Below are positions 17,928 to 26,443 of a stretch of DNA of 35,952 nucleotides, piece after piece (position 1 is the stretch's first letter; every line of letters begins with the position of its first letter). This DNA is from Actinomycetota bacterium. GTDB lineage: Bacteria > Actinomycetota > Acidimicrobiia > Acidimicrobiales > Ilumatobacteraceae. The stretch is from positions 1 through 35,952 of the forward strand of contig JBEDEI010000085.1 in NCBI GenBank assembly GCA_041175765.1, in the 5' to 3' direction. Under the pieces are notes generated by a model. It had not been told where the DNA came from. It saw nothing but the letters and a program-made list of their open reading frames with translations, and made no database searches. Position numbers and translations under genes: made by a program.

Positions 17928-18164
17928 ATGGACTTACGCATCGGTGTTACCCACTCTGTTCGAGACATTGCCCTGGAGATTGACGGTGACGACAAGTCGC
18001 GTACGGCAATTCGCAAGTTGGTTGAAGAGGCACTTGCCGGCAAATCGGAAGTGTTGTGGCTGAAGGATAAGCGCGGCCGCGAGGTTGCCGTGCCCGCCGA
18101 CAAGATTGCCTTCGTCGAGTTCGGCGCCCCGGATGGCGAGCGTCGACTGGGGTTTGGCGCCTGA
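17928..18164 (+). CDS. DUF3107-family small conserved actinobacterial protein
   Basis: 78 aa: MDLRIGVTHSVRDIALEIDGD...VLWLKDKRGREVAVPADKIAFVEFG. Recognised from memory as the DUF3107 pattern (IGV...REL..E...VL.L.D.KG..V.VP..KIAYVE.G). Confidence 0.7.
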   Translation: MDLRIGVTHSVRDIALEIDGDDKSRTAIRKLVEEALAGKSEVLWLKDKRGREVAVPADKIAFVEFGAPDGERRLGFGA

Positions 18165-19078
18165 CGCTTCGAGCGTTACTTTCCCGACGCCTCGTTTTTG
18201 TTACCGGTAAAGGCGGTGTCGGCAAATCTGCTGTTGCAGCAGCACTAGCCAAAGTTGCCGCGCAACACGACAAGCGCGTGCTTGTGTGCGAAATGGACGA
18301 CAAAGGTTCGCTGGCGGCGTACTTTGGGCGAACTTCACTGGAGTTTGCGCCGACCGAAGTGGCGCCCAACGTCATGGCGATGGCGATGAACACCGAAGAC
18401 TCACTCCGTGAATACATACGGCTCTTCTTACGTGTGCCCATCATTGGCAGCCTCACGCCACTGGCCCGCATTTTTGACTTTGTTGCCAATGCCGCGCCGG
18501 CCGTGAAGGAGATTCTTGCCGTTGGCAAGCTGTGCTACGAAGTGCGAGAAAACAACTACGACCTCGTCATCGTCGACTCGGAAGCCAGTGGTCATTTCGT
18601 GGCCCAGGTGTCGGCACCGGATGCTTTGGCCACCTTGGTGCGCATCGGCATCATCGCTGATCAAACCAAGTGGATGAGTGCGCTGCTGCACGACCCCACG
18701 GTGTCGACTGTGCTCGCTGTGGTCACCCCCGAAGAAATGCCGGTGGTGGAAACCATCGAACTGCGCACACGACTTGCTGCCGCCACGCCGATCGATTTTG
18801 CAGGCGTCGTCATCAACCGCATGCCGCGAGTGGTGGTCGACGATATGGCACTCGCTGCTGCGCGTTCCAACGCCACGTTGACCGCCACGGTGGCGGTAGG
18901 TGAATGGCTCGTATCTCGTCGTGCCGAAGCAGAACAACACGCACGACGACTTGCCGACGCATTCGAACTGGGCAATGTCGACACCATCGCGGAGGCGCCG
19001 GCAGAAGTCGATGCACCCGCACAAGTCACGGAACATCTCGCCCGTGAGATCGAGCGCATCGTGCGGGATCACACATGA
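18161..19078 (+). CDS. ArsA/Get3-like P-loop ATPase, first of a pair; non-canonical start required
   Basis: In-frame Walker A VTGKGGVGKS is encoded at 18200-18229, upstream of the first ATG/GTG/TTG (GTG 18278). The frame is open from 18071, and the only near-cognate start is CTG 18161, overlapping the DUF3107 stop (CTGA). The rest resembles ArsA-family ATPases (DLVIVDSEASGH, VVTPEEMPVVET). Confidence 0.7.
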   Translation: MTLRALLSRRLVFVTGKGGVGKSAVAAALAKVAAQHDKRVLVCEMDDKGSLAAYFGRTSLEFAPTEVAPNVMAMAMNTEDSLREYIRLFLRVPIIGSLTPLARIFDFVANAAPAVKEILAVGKLCYEVRENNYDLVIVDSEASGHFVAQVSAPDALATLVRIGIIADQTKWMSALLHDPTVSTVLAVVTPEEMPVVETIELRTRLAAATPIDFAGVVINRMPRVVVDDMALAAARSNATLTATVAVGEWLVSRRAEAEQHARRLADAFELGNVDTIAEAPAEVDAPAQVTEHLAREIERIVRDHT

Positions 19079-20202
19079 CGCAAGCGCAAGCGGGTATCAA
19101 CCCACCGGCGTCGGCGGATACCTTCGTCATGCAATTGTTGCGCGATTCGCGCATGATCATCGTCAGTGGCCCAGGCGGAGTCGGCAAGACGACATCCGCA
19201 GCCGCATTGGGAGTGTTGGCGGCTCGCCAGTTTTCGCGCAGGGTACTCGTGCTCACAGTTGACCCGGCACGACGTCTGGCGACTGCTCTCGGGCTCCCTG
19301 CACTAGGCAACACGGAAGTTCCCGTCCATGTTGACGATGCTCTCGGCACATTGTCGATGGCGATGATCGACACCAAGTCGAGTTGGGACGACATGGTGCG
19401 ACGACACGCACCAGATGCATCAACACGCGATCGGGTGCTGGCCAACGACTTGTACAAGACACTGACCTCTCGCTTCGTGCATAGTCACGACTACGTGGTG
19501 ACGGAGCGACTCTTTGATGCCCACGAGGGCGGCGACTACGACCTCGTCATCGTGGACACCCCGCCGTCGCGAAGTGCCTTGTCCGTGCTCGACGCGCCGC
19601 GACGGATGGAGCAGTTTTTTACGTCACGTCTGCTCAAGTTGTTGACGGCGCCAACGCAATCCCGACTCTTGACGATTGCTTCGCGCCCGTTCTTCATCGT
19701 TGCCGACCGAATTCTTGGGGCTGCATTTCTGTCCGACATTGCCGAGTTCTTCACACTGTTTCGCACGATGGAAGGCCCGTTCGTCTCTCGTGCACGGCGA
19801 GTGAATGCGTTGCTTTCCAGCCCCTCGACTGCGTACGTGGTGGTCACCAGTGCCGAGTCGGTGGCGATGCAGGAGGCCGGATACCTGGTCGATGAGTTGC
19901 GACGACGCAACCACCTGCTGGCAGCGGTAGTGGCCAATCGTCTGCTCCCCGCAGCCTTGGCGGCGGGGGCTGATGTGCGGGCGAGCGTTCTGGAGCAACA
20001 TCCAGACGCTGCAGTTCGGCCACTGGCATTTGCCGAGCAGGAGATTGCCAATGTCGCCGTGCGGCAAGCCGCCGCATTGTCGCGGATGAACCACTGGGGT
20101 GTGCCCATCGTGCGGGGCGAATCGCGTCGTGGAGACATCACCGATGTGCAGTCATTGCTTGCCTTGGGTCAGGCGTTCTCCGTACAGGGCACCCACGACT
20201 AG
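19075..20202 (+). CDS. ArsA/Get3-like P-loop ATPase, second of the pair
   Basis: ATGA overlap with the preceding gene. Walker A IIVSGPGGVGKTTSAAALG. VLTVDPARRL. DLVIVDTPPSRSAL. VVTSAESVAMQEA. The paired arrangement recalls the mycobacterial Rv3679/Rv3680 pair (from memory). Confidence 0.8.
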   Translation: MTQAQAGINPPASADTFVMQLLRDSRMIIVSGPGGVGKTTSAAALGVLAARQFSRRVLVLTVDPARRLATALGLPALGNTEVPVHVDDALGTLSMAMIDTKSSWDDMVRRHAPDASTRDRVLANDLYKTLTSRFVHSHDYVVTERLFDAHEGGDYDLVIVDTPPSRSALSVLDAPRRMEQFFTSRLLKLLTAPTQSRLLTIASRPFFIVADRILGAAFLSDIAEFFTLFRTMEGPFVSRARRVNALLSSPSTAYVVVTSAESVAMQEAGYLVDELRRRNHLLAAVVANRLLPAALAAGADVRASVLEQHPDAAVRPLAFAEQEIANVAVRQAAALSRMNHWGVPIVRGESRRGDITDVQSLLALGQAFSVQGTHD

Positions 20203-20229
20203 CGAGAGAACGGCAAGAATGGAGTACCC

Positions 20230-21741
20230 ATGCCAACCCTGGTGGAACTTGCAGAAGCCCATACCGGGCTTAGTGAAGACGACATTGCACATCTGACCGC
20301 TCTGGTGTCGGAATGGGGAATGCTCGCCGATTTTTCTTTTGCCGACTTGTTGCTCTATGTGCCGGTCGCCTCTGCCACTGGTACCAATTGGCTGACTGCA
20401 TCGCAAGTACGGGCTGCAACAGGTCAAACGTTGTACCAATCCGACTTGGTTGGTGAGTACGCCGATGACGTCGACCGGCCTTTCATTGCCGCAGCGGCAC
20501 AGAGCGGTCAGATTCAAAAAGGCGACATCACCCTTGCGCATCTTGAAGACCCAGTAAAGATGACGGCGATTCCGGTGACTCGTGAAGGCAAAACAATTGC
20601 GGTGCTCACACGTGAAGTATCGAGTGTGTCCACGCGCCGCACCGGTCAGTTGGAGCGAACCTATCTCTCCATTTTTGATGACTTTGCCAACATGGTGTCG
20701 ACGGGGTTGTTCCCGTTCGCGGGTCGCGTCGCCGACTCGAGCGTGGCTCCTCGAGTGGGTGACGGGGTGATCGTGCTCGATGGGAGCGCTCGTGTGCGGT
20801 ACGCCTCACCCAACGCGGTGTCTGCCCTGCATCGCATCGGCATTCGTGCCAACGCCGTTGGTCAGAGCCTGGCTGAACTCGGCTTTGCCCACGATGCTGC
20901 CCGTACGTCGTTCGAACGGCGTGAGCCTGTTGTAGAGGAATTGGATCAGGATCATGACGTCACTCTGTTGGTGCGCTCAATACCTACGTTGAAGCGTGGT
21001 GCGCGCGGAGTGAATGTGATCGGTGGGGTTGTGCTGATGCGTGACGTATCGGAACTGCGTCGGCGTGACCGGCTCATTCTCACCAAGGACGCCACCATCA
21101 AAGAGATTCACCATCGAGTGAAGAACAATTTGCAAACCATCTCATCGCTGCTGCGCTTGCAGGCTCGCCGCCTGTCATCCGAAGAAGCAAAGGCTGCAGT
21201 TGCCGACTCGGTTCGACGCATCCGCACGATTGCACTCGTACATGAAACATTGTCGCGTGAGCCGGGCGAAGATGTTGCATTCGTCGAAATCGTGCGACCC
21301 CTGATACAGCTCACGCAGGAGAGTTTGCAGTCAAGCGAGAAACCCATTCGATTCGAGATTCGAGGTGATGCTGGTCGGCTACCAGCCACGATCGCAACGC
21401 CATTGTCGGTGGTGATCTTGGAACTGCTGCAGAACGTAGTGGATCATGCATTCGGTGAAACGCGACGCGACGGGGTGGTTCGCGTGTTCATGCAGCGCGA
21501 CCCCGATGATGACTCGCTGCATTTGCGCGTGATTGACAACGGTGTGGGTGTGGATGAGCGATTCGACATTGCGCAGGCCACCGGTCTGGGGCTCTCCATC
21601 GTGCGCACACTGGTGACCACCGAACTTGGCGGCACGATATCCATGCGCCCGGCAACTGCCCAAGATTTACGCGACGCTGCACTTGATGCAGCCAATGAAC
21701 TACTCGGGACCGTGGTGGATCTGCAGATTCCCACGCAATAG
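20230..21741 (+). CDS. pdtaS: PdtaS-like cytoplasmic sensor histidine kinase (GAF/PAS N-terminus, HisKA_2-type H-box, HATPase_c)
   Basis: GGAG Shine-Dalgarno sequence 5 nt upstream of the start. 503 aa with no TM segment. H-box TIKEIHHRVKNNLQTISSLLRLQARR. ATPase motifs LLQNVVDHAF, VIDNGVGV, GLGLSIVRTLV. Convergent with a WhiB1-like gene, as pdtaS/whiB1 are in mycobacteria (from memory). Confidence 0.8.
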   Translation: MPTLVELAEAHTGLSEDDIAHLTALVSEWGMLADFSFADLLLYVPVASATGTNWLTASQVRAATGQTLYQSDLVGEYADDVDRPFIAAAAQSGQIQKGDITLAHLEDPVKMTAIPVTREGKTIAVLTREVSSVSTRRTGQLERTYLSIFDDFANMVSTGLFPFAGRVADSSVAPRVGDGVIVLDGSARVRYASPNAVSALHRIGIRANAVGQSLAELGFAHDAARTSFERREPVVEELDQDHDVTLLVRSIPTLKRGARGVNVIGGVVLMRDVSELRRRDRLILTKDATIKEIHHRVKNNLQTISSLLRLQARRLSSEEAKAAVADSVRRIRTIALVHETLSREPGEDVAFVEIVRPLIQLTQESLQSSEKPIRFEIRGDAGRLPATIATPLSVVILELLQNVVDHAFGETRRDGVVRVFMQRDPDDDSLHLRVIDNGVGVDERFDIAQATGLGLSIVRTLVTTELGGTISMRPATAQDLRDAALDAANELLGTVVDLQIPTQ

Positions 21742-21758
21742 AGCCGACGCCCGAGAAT

Positions 21759-21804
21759 TGCGACGGCGTCGCGTCGTTGAGAAATGCGACGGCGTCGCGT
21801 CGTT
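21759..21804. terminator. Two copies of a 20-nt GC-rich palindrome-containing element in the pdtaS/whiB convergent gap; probable tandem or bidirectional terminator hairpins
   Basis: TGCGACGGCGTCGCGTCGTT at 21759-21778 and again at 21785-21804, identical. Each contains GCGAC-GGC-GTCGC (5-bp stem, 3-nt loop). On the minus strand each is followed by a T-containing tail (ATTTCTC / AATTCTC). Confidence 0.45.
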
Positions 21805-22100
21805 TAGAGCAGTCCGGCGCGTCGCGCCGCAGCGTTACGGCGACGAATATCCCGGCGCTCGTCTTCGCTGGTGCCACCCCAGACACCGCAGTCTTGGTTG
21901 GTGGCCAAGGCGAAGTCCAAACATTCTTTGCGTACACCGCAGTCGGCGCAGACGGCACGTGCGCGAACCAACAGTCGCATCGCCTCTCCGGTGTTGCCAA
22001 CGGGGAAGAACATTTCGGGATCGATATCTCGACATTTGGCGTTTACTCGCCAGGAGTAGTCAGCGGATCCAAGGGCGAGGCTTTGAGCGAGAATTGACAT
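21804..22100 (-). CDS. whiB: WhiB-family [4Fe-4S] transcription factor, WhiB1-like
   Basis: Four-Cys pattern C-x(n)-C-x2-C-x5-C (AKCRDIDPEMFFPVGN...AVCADCGVRKEC). GVWGG turn. Basic tail ERRDIRRRNAAARR. High similarity to the remembered M. tuberculosis WhiB1 sequence. Confidence 0.9.
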   Translation of the reverse strand: MSILAQSLALGSADYSWRVNAKCRDIDPEMFFPVGNTGEAMRLLVRARAVCADCGVRKECLDFALATNQDCGVWGGTSEDERRDIRRRNAAARRAGLL

Positions 22101-22160
22101 GCGGCATCAGGATAAGAGGGATATTCACCCAATGCAAGGGGTAAGGTCAATATTCTTCGC

Positions 22161-22190
22161 TTCAGCGAAATTCAGTGAGATTCAGTGAGA
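22161..22190. repeat. Three tandem 10-bp direct repeats (TTCAGCGAAA TTCAGTGAGA TTCAGTGAGA) in the whiB/gdpD divergent promoter region
   Basis: Two perfect copies at 22171-22180 and 22181-22190, and an 8/10 copy at 22161-22170. Located in the locally AT-richer 96-bp gap, ending 6 nt before the gdpD ATG. Confidence 0.7.
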
Positions 22191-22196
22191 TAGTCA

Positions 22197-22910
22197 ATGA
22201 ACGTGCGCACAAACACTCAAATCATGGCGCATCGTGGCGCATCGCGAGCACAGCCAGCCAACACGATTGCCGCATTTGTGACCGCCCGTCATATGGGGGC
22301 ACACGCAGTGGAACTCGATGTACGCCAGTGCGCAAGTGGTGAATTGGTGGTGCATCACGACCCGACGCTGTCTGACGGACGAATCATCGTGCATGTGCGC
22401 AAAGAACATCTGCCGGCACACGTTCCCACGCTTGACGAAGCACTCGATGCTTGCGGCGAGATGTGGGTGAATGTGGAAGTAAAGAACCATCGGAGCGAGC
22501 CCGACTACGACGCCGATGACCAGCGAACGTTTGCAGTGTTGGAAGTGCTCCGTCGCAGGGTTGCAGTGCACGGTGACGTACGGCGGTATCTGCTGTCCTG
22601 TTTCCGACGTAAAACGGTCGATCGCGCCAAAGCAGCATGGCCCGACCTGCCAACGGCATGGCTCACCGTTGCAGTTTCTCACTACGAAGAATTGGCGGTC
22701 GATCTACGGGCGAGTGGCCACACTGCAGTGCACCCGGAAGTGTCGAAGGTGACACGCGAGTTGGTGGAGACGTTTCATCAACATGGTGTGCACGTCAACA
22801 CGTGGACATGTGATGACCCAGAACGTATGCGCGAACTCATTCAGTGGGGTATCGACGGCATTTGCACCAACGTGCCAGATGTTGGTCTCTCCGTACTTGG
22901 CGAGAACTAG
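22197..22910 (+). CDS. Glycerophosphodiester phosphodiesterase (GdpD/UgpQ family)
   Basis: IMAHRGASRAQPANTIAAFVTARHMGAHAVELDVRQCASGELVVHHDPTL (HRG and E-x-D-V catalytic motifs). WVNVEVK. C-terminal GIDGICTN. An alternative start is the ATG at 22224 (MAHRG). Confidence 0.85.
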   Translation: MNVRTNTQIMAHRGASRAQPANTIAAFVTARHMGAHAVELDVRQCASGELVVHHDPTLSDGRIIVHVRKEHLPAHVPTLDEALDACGEMWVNVEVKNHRSEPDYDADDQRTFAVLEVLRRRVAVHGDVRRYLLSCFRRKTVDRAKAAWPDLPTAWLTVAVSHYEELAVDLRASGHTAVHPEVSKVTRELVETFHQHGVHVNTWTCDDPERMRELIQWGIDGICTNVPDVGLSVLGEN

Positions 22911-23830
22911 AACTCCACCAACATCGGCTTGATGAGTCGCAGTGCCTCGTGGCGGTGTCGAATGGTAAGCGTGGTGGTGTCGTCGATGTAGTCGCCGTCG
23001 AGCTGGTAGCCGAATGGCGCAGGAAAGTCGAACACCACTTGCTCGACGTTTTCGATGATGTCAATACCGCGACGAGCAGCAATGCCACCATTGCGCAGGG
23101 CACTCCAGAGTGTGGACAACATGAGTGGCGTGGAAAGGCGACGGAAGGTGATTGCCACAAGGCGCTTCTCTAACGACGCTGCCCGGGAAAGTTCGATTGC
23201 ACGCTTGCCGACGTACGTGTACGGGTTCGTGTTGAGCACGATGGTGAAAAATCCATTGGGCACTTTGCGTCCGTCGATCTCCACGGTGAAGTGGGGGAAC
23301 TTGCGGTCGTAGTCGACGAACCACGTCTTGAGTGCCGAGTAGGCAAACAGCGGTTGACCGACGAGTCGTTTGAAACTGAAGGTGCGCTCCACTTGTCGAA
23401 CGACTTCGGCGTCATAACCGATACCGGCATGAAACGTAAAGTAACGTCCGTTGGCTTCGCCGAGCCCGATTGGCGCGACGAGCCCGCCGTCAAGCCCGGC
23501 AGTGAGTTGCGTGACGGCGAGCAGTGGATCGTTGGCCATGCCGAGTGATCGAGCGAACACATTGGTGGAACCACCCGGCAACACGCCAAGTGCGGTGGTG
23601 CCCCCGGCCAGGCCAGTTGCGACTTCGTTGACGGTGCCATCGCCACCGAAGGCGATGACGGCGTCCAGACCGCGCGATACGGCATCAGCGGCGAATCGTG
23701 TGGCATGACCGCGTTCGCTTGTTTCCACCACTTGCACATCGTGGTGGCGGGCCAAGTACTGGTGGACCTGCACCGTGTTGCGGGGGGTCACCGAGGTGGC
23801 AAATGAGTTGACGACCAACAGCATTCGCAC
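22907..23830 (-). CDS. Diacylglycerol/lipid kinase catalytic-domain protein (DagK / YegS-BmrU family)
   Basis: MRMLLVVNSFATS. VIAFGGDGTVNEVATGL (GGDGT motif). LGVLPGGSTNVFAR. 307 aa. Its stop overlaps the gdpD stop by 4 nt (convergent). Confidence 0.85.
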   Translation of the reverse strand: MRMLLVVNSFATSVTPRNTVQVHQYLARHHDVQVVETSERGHATRFAADAVSRGLDAVIAFGGDGTVNEVATGLAGGTTALGVLPGGSTNVFARSLGMANDPLLAVTQLTAGLDGGLVAPIGLGEANGRYFTFHAGIGYDAEVVRQVERTFSFKRLVGQPLFAYSALKTWFVDYDRKFPHFTVEIDGRKVPNGFFTIVLNTNPYTYVGKRAIELSRAASLEKRLVAITFRRLSTPLMLSTLWSALRNGGIAARRGIDIIENVEQVVFDFPAPFGYQLDGDYIDDTTTLTIRHRHEALRLIKPMLVEF

Positions 23831-23945
23831 GCAATTCCACGGTATCTGGCGGGGTCAGGGCGCTTGACGCAGGTCACAGCGAGTCTGGGCGTGATTTGTG
23901 GGGCTGATTCTTCGCCACGGGTACCGAGCGGTAACAATGAAAGGC

Positions 23946-24722
23946 ATGAACATCGTGGTCTGCGTCAAGCAAATACCCGATCCCGCAACGCCGGGGTCAC
24001 TCGACTCAACAACCCATGCACTGAAGCGTGACGGCAAGCTCATTTTGGACGACTCCGACGCTTACGGCGTCGAGATGGCGTTGCAATTGGTAACCGCAGC
24101 AGGTGGCGGCGAAGTGAGCATCGTGTCGATGGCACCCAATGGTGAAACGTCCGGCATGCGCACCGCTCTCGCCATGGGCGCAGTTCGTGGAGTGCTTGTT
24201 TCCGACCCGGCACTTGCTGGCTCTGACGCGTTGACCACCGCCAAAGTGCTGGCTGCAGCCGTGCACAAAGTGGGGATGCCAGATTTGGTGATCGCAGCCA
24301 CCGAGTCGACTGACGGTTACACGGGCACGGTGCCCGAGCAGTTGGCCGAAGTACTCGGTCTTCCTTCGGTGACGTTCGCCAAGAAAGTGAAAGTCGACGG
24401 TGGCACACTGAAGATCGATCGCCAAACCGAATCCGGATACGACGAAGTCGAGTGTCCGCTTCCCGCACTGGTGAGTGTGACTGCGGGCGTGGTGGAACCC
24501 CGCTATCCGAGCTTCAAGGGAATCATGGATGCCAAGAAGAAAGAAATCGTCACCGTGACTGCCGCCGACCTTGGCGTCACCCCGGTTGGCTGGGCTGGTG
24601 CAGGACAAAAGGTGTCGGCAGTGACCCAGGCCGAAGCACGAAAAGCGGGGCAGGTCATCGAAGATGACGGCGAAGCATTCAACAAAATCGTTGCGTTCCT
24701 CGAAACGCTGAAAGTGATCTAG
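23946..24722 (+). CDS. etfB: Electron transfer flavoprotein beta subunit
   Basis: MNIVVCVKQIPDP N-terminus. DDSDAYGVEMALQL. DLVIAATESTDGYTGTVPEQLAEVLGLPSVTF. ATG 23937 (MKGMNIVV) is an alternative start. The track ORF from 23898 is probably too long. Confidence 0.9.
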   Translation: MNIVVCVKQIPDPATPGSLDSTTHALKRDGKLILDDSDAYGVEMALQLVTAAGGGEVSIVSMAPNGETSGMRTALAMGAVRGVLVSDPALAGSDALTTAKVLAAAVHKVGMPDLVIAATESTDGYTGTVPEQLAEVLGLPSVTFAKKVKVDGGTLKIDRQTESGYDEVECPLPALVSVTAGVVEPRYPSFKGIMDAKKKEIVTVTAADLGVTPVGWAGAGQKVSAVTQAEARKAGQVIEDDGEAFNKIVAFLETLKVI

Positions 24723-24734
24723 GAGAACACCATC

Positions 24735-25703
24735 ATGACCGTGAACAATGTTTGGGTATTTGCCCAGGGATCCAATGGAACCGTTTCGAGTTTCACAGCA
24801 GAATTGCTCACCAAGGCTCGCAGCCTGACCGACAACGTGTCGGCCTTCGTGCCCGGCGACGGTGCTGCACTTGCCGACTCACTCGGCAAGTTCGGTGCAA
24901 AGAAGGTGTACTCCACGGGCGACCTCGGCGGTCGACTCGTTGGTGTTGCTGCATCAAGCGCAATGAAGGCGCTGATCGACGCTGGCGACAAGCCCGATGT
25001 CATTCTCTTTCCACAGAACTATGACGGGCGCGACACGATCGCTCGACTCTCCGTCAAGTTGGGTGTCACCGTGTTGACCAACAGCATCGACATCGCGGTG
25101 AACGGCAGCGAAGTGGTTGCCACCACGCCAATCTTCGGTGGAAACGTGTTGTTCGCAACGGCATTCACCGGTGCAGGGCCGCACCTCGTGTCGTTTCGTC
25201 CCAAGAGTTTTGCCGCTGAAGAAAATGGCGGTGGCGCGGCTCAAGTAGTGGCCGCCACCGTGCCCGATGCCGGCGCCGTCGGTGGCGCCAAAGTCACCGC
25301 GGTGCACGTGGAAGAAACCACCGGGCCAAAACTCGACGAAGCCAACATCGTCGTGTCGGGTGGTCGCGGTCTTGGCGAATCGCAGAACTTCGGCATGGTG
25401 GAAGAGTTGGCCAAGTTGCTGCACGGTGCGCCCGGTGCATCGCGAGCCATCGTGGATGCCGGTTGGGTGCCGTACTCCTATCAAGTCGGCCAGACAGGAA
25501 AAGTCGTGAAGCCGAGTGTGTACATCGCAGCAGGAATCTCGGGTGCAACGCAACACATGGTGGGCATGAAGGGCTCCAAGAACATCATTGCCATCAACAA
25601 AGACAAAGAAGCACCAATTTTCGCGGTTGCTGACTTGGGCATCGTTGGTGACGTGCACAAGGTGTTGCCAAAGTTGATCGAAGCGCTCAAAGCGCGCGGT
25701 TAG
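24735..25703 (+). CDS. etfA: Electron transfer flavoprotein alpha subunit
   Basis: AGGAGA Shine-Dalgarno sequence 8 nt upstream of the start. [58 protein letters not shown] (FAD-binding signature). Confidence 0.9.
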   Translation: MTVNNVWVFAQGSNGTVSSFTAELLTKARSLTDNVSAFVPGDGAALADSLGKFGAKKVYSTGDLGGRLVGVAASSAMKALIDAGDKPDVILFPQNYDGRDTIARLSVKLGVTVLTNSIDIAVNGSEVVATTPIFGGNVLFATAFTGAGPHLVSFRPKSFAAEENGGGAAQVVAATVPDAGAVGGAKVTAVHVEETTGPKLDEANIVVSGGRGLGESQNFGMVEELAKLLHGAPGASRAIVDAGWVPYSYQVGQTGKVVKPSVYIAAGISGATQHMVGMKGSKNIIAINKDKEAPIFAVADLGIVGDVHKVLPKLIEALKARG

Positions 25704-25709
25704 TCAATC

Positions 25710-25725
25710 AACGGCACGCGCCGTT
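25710..25725. terminator. Short hairpin AACGGC-ACGC-GCCGTT between the convergent etfA and SCO1664-family genes
   Basis: Perfect 6-bp stem with a 4-nt loop, followed by only two or three T. Weak as an intrinsic terminator. Confidence 0.35.
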
Positions 25726-25735
25726 TACCGCATCA

Positions 25736-26443
25736 CTACACGAGTGGCCAGGGATACCGCCGGCCGCTGTCATCAACCGGGAATGTGCGGTGCTCCAACA
25801 GCCACTCGCCACGTTCGCGCAGGGCAGTGATTTCGTCGTCTCCAAGCAGTGATGCGACATCGAGGGGGAGCGATCCGACAACGCGTTCGACGGCATGCAG
25901 GTCGGTGTCCGGAATCTCTTCGCCGCCGAACTCCCAGATCACGGTACGCAGTTTGAAGTCCGCAGAAAAACACAGGCCATGATCGATGCCCCAGATGTGA
26001 TGTGCTGCGTCGATGAGCACATGGCCAGACTTGCGATCCGTATTGTTCGCAACGATGTCAAACACCGCCATAGAGCGAAAGTGGGGATGCAGCTCGGGTC
26101 GTGACTCGAACAACGTGAAGTAGTGCTGCTCGAAATCTGCATCTACCAAGAGTTGCAGCGAGCCTTCGCCGAGCGGGCCTTCGCGCAACAGCGTGATGGG
26201 CACGAAGTCGTAGCCCATCGCCTGCGCGAGGCGATACGCAGCAACTTCACGACGGTGCAGGCCGGGGGAAAAGTCCCACAGTGGTCGCTCACCTCGCAGA
26301 GGCTTGTAGATGGCCCGCTGTGTAACTTCCTGGTGGGTGACACGCACGAGGAATGTGGCATTACTGCTGTAGGGCATCCGCATCTCGACTTGGATATCGC
26401 CGAGAGCGAGAACTTCGGCGCTACTTAGTTCATCTTCGGGCAT
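25736..26443 (-). CDS. SCO1664-family protein (PI3/PI4-kinase-like fold), function unknown
   Basis: SSNATFLVRV...AIYKPLRGERPLWDF. Kinase-like catalytic-loop segment FDIVANNTDRKSGHVL. Metal-binding-loop-like IWGIDHGLCFS. Last gene of a coupled three-gene unit. Confidence 0.7.
   Translation of the reverse strand: MPEDELSSAEVLALGDIQVEMRMPYSSNATFLVRVTHQEVTQRAIYKPLRGERPLWDFSPGLHRREVAAYRLAQAMGYDFVPITLLREGPLGEGSLQLLVDADFEQHYFTLFESRPELHPHFRSMAVFDIVANNTDRKSGHVLIDAAHHIWGIDHGLCFSADFKLRTVIWEFGGEEIPDTDLHAVERVVGSLPLDVASLLGDDEITALRERGEWLLEHRTFPVDDSGRRYPWPLV

Noticed and set aside
22101-22196. Search for a CRP-type palindrome (TGTGA-N6-TCACA) upstream of the WhiB1-like gene, as known for mycobacterial whiB1
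   Set aside because: GTGA occurs only within the direct repeats, in the same orientation each time, with no inverted partner. No convincing CRP-like site is seen.
23831-23945. 115-nt gap upstream of etfB containing a TTGACG hexamer, considered as a promoter or small RNA
   Set aside because: No convincing -10 element lies at the proper spacing, and I could find no conserved-looking structure or repeat. Evidence is insufficient to annotate.
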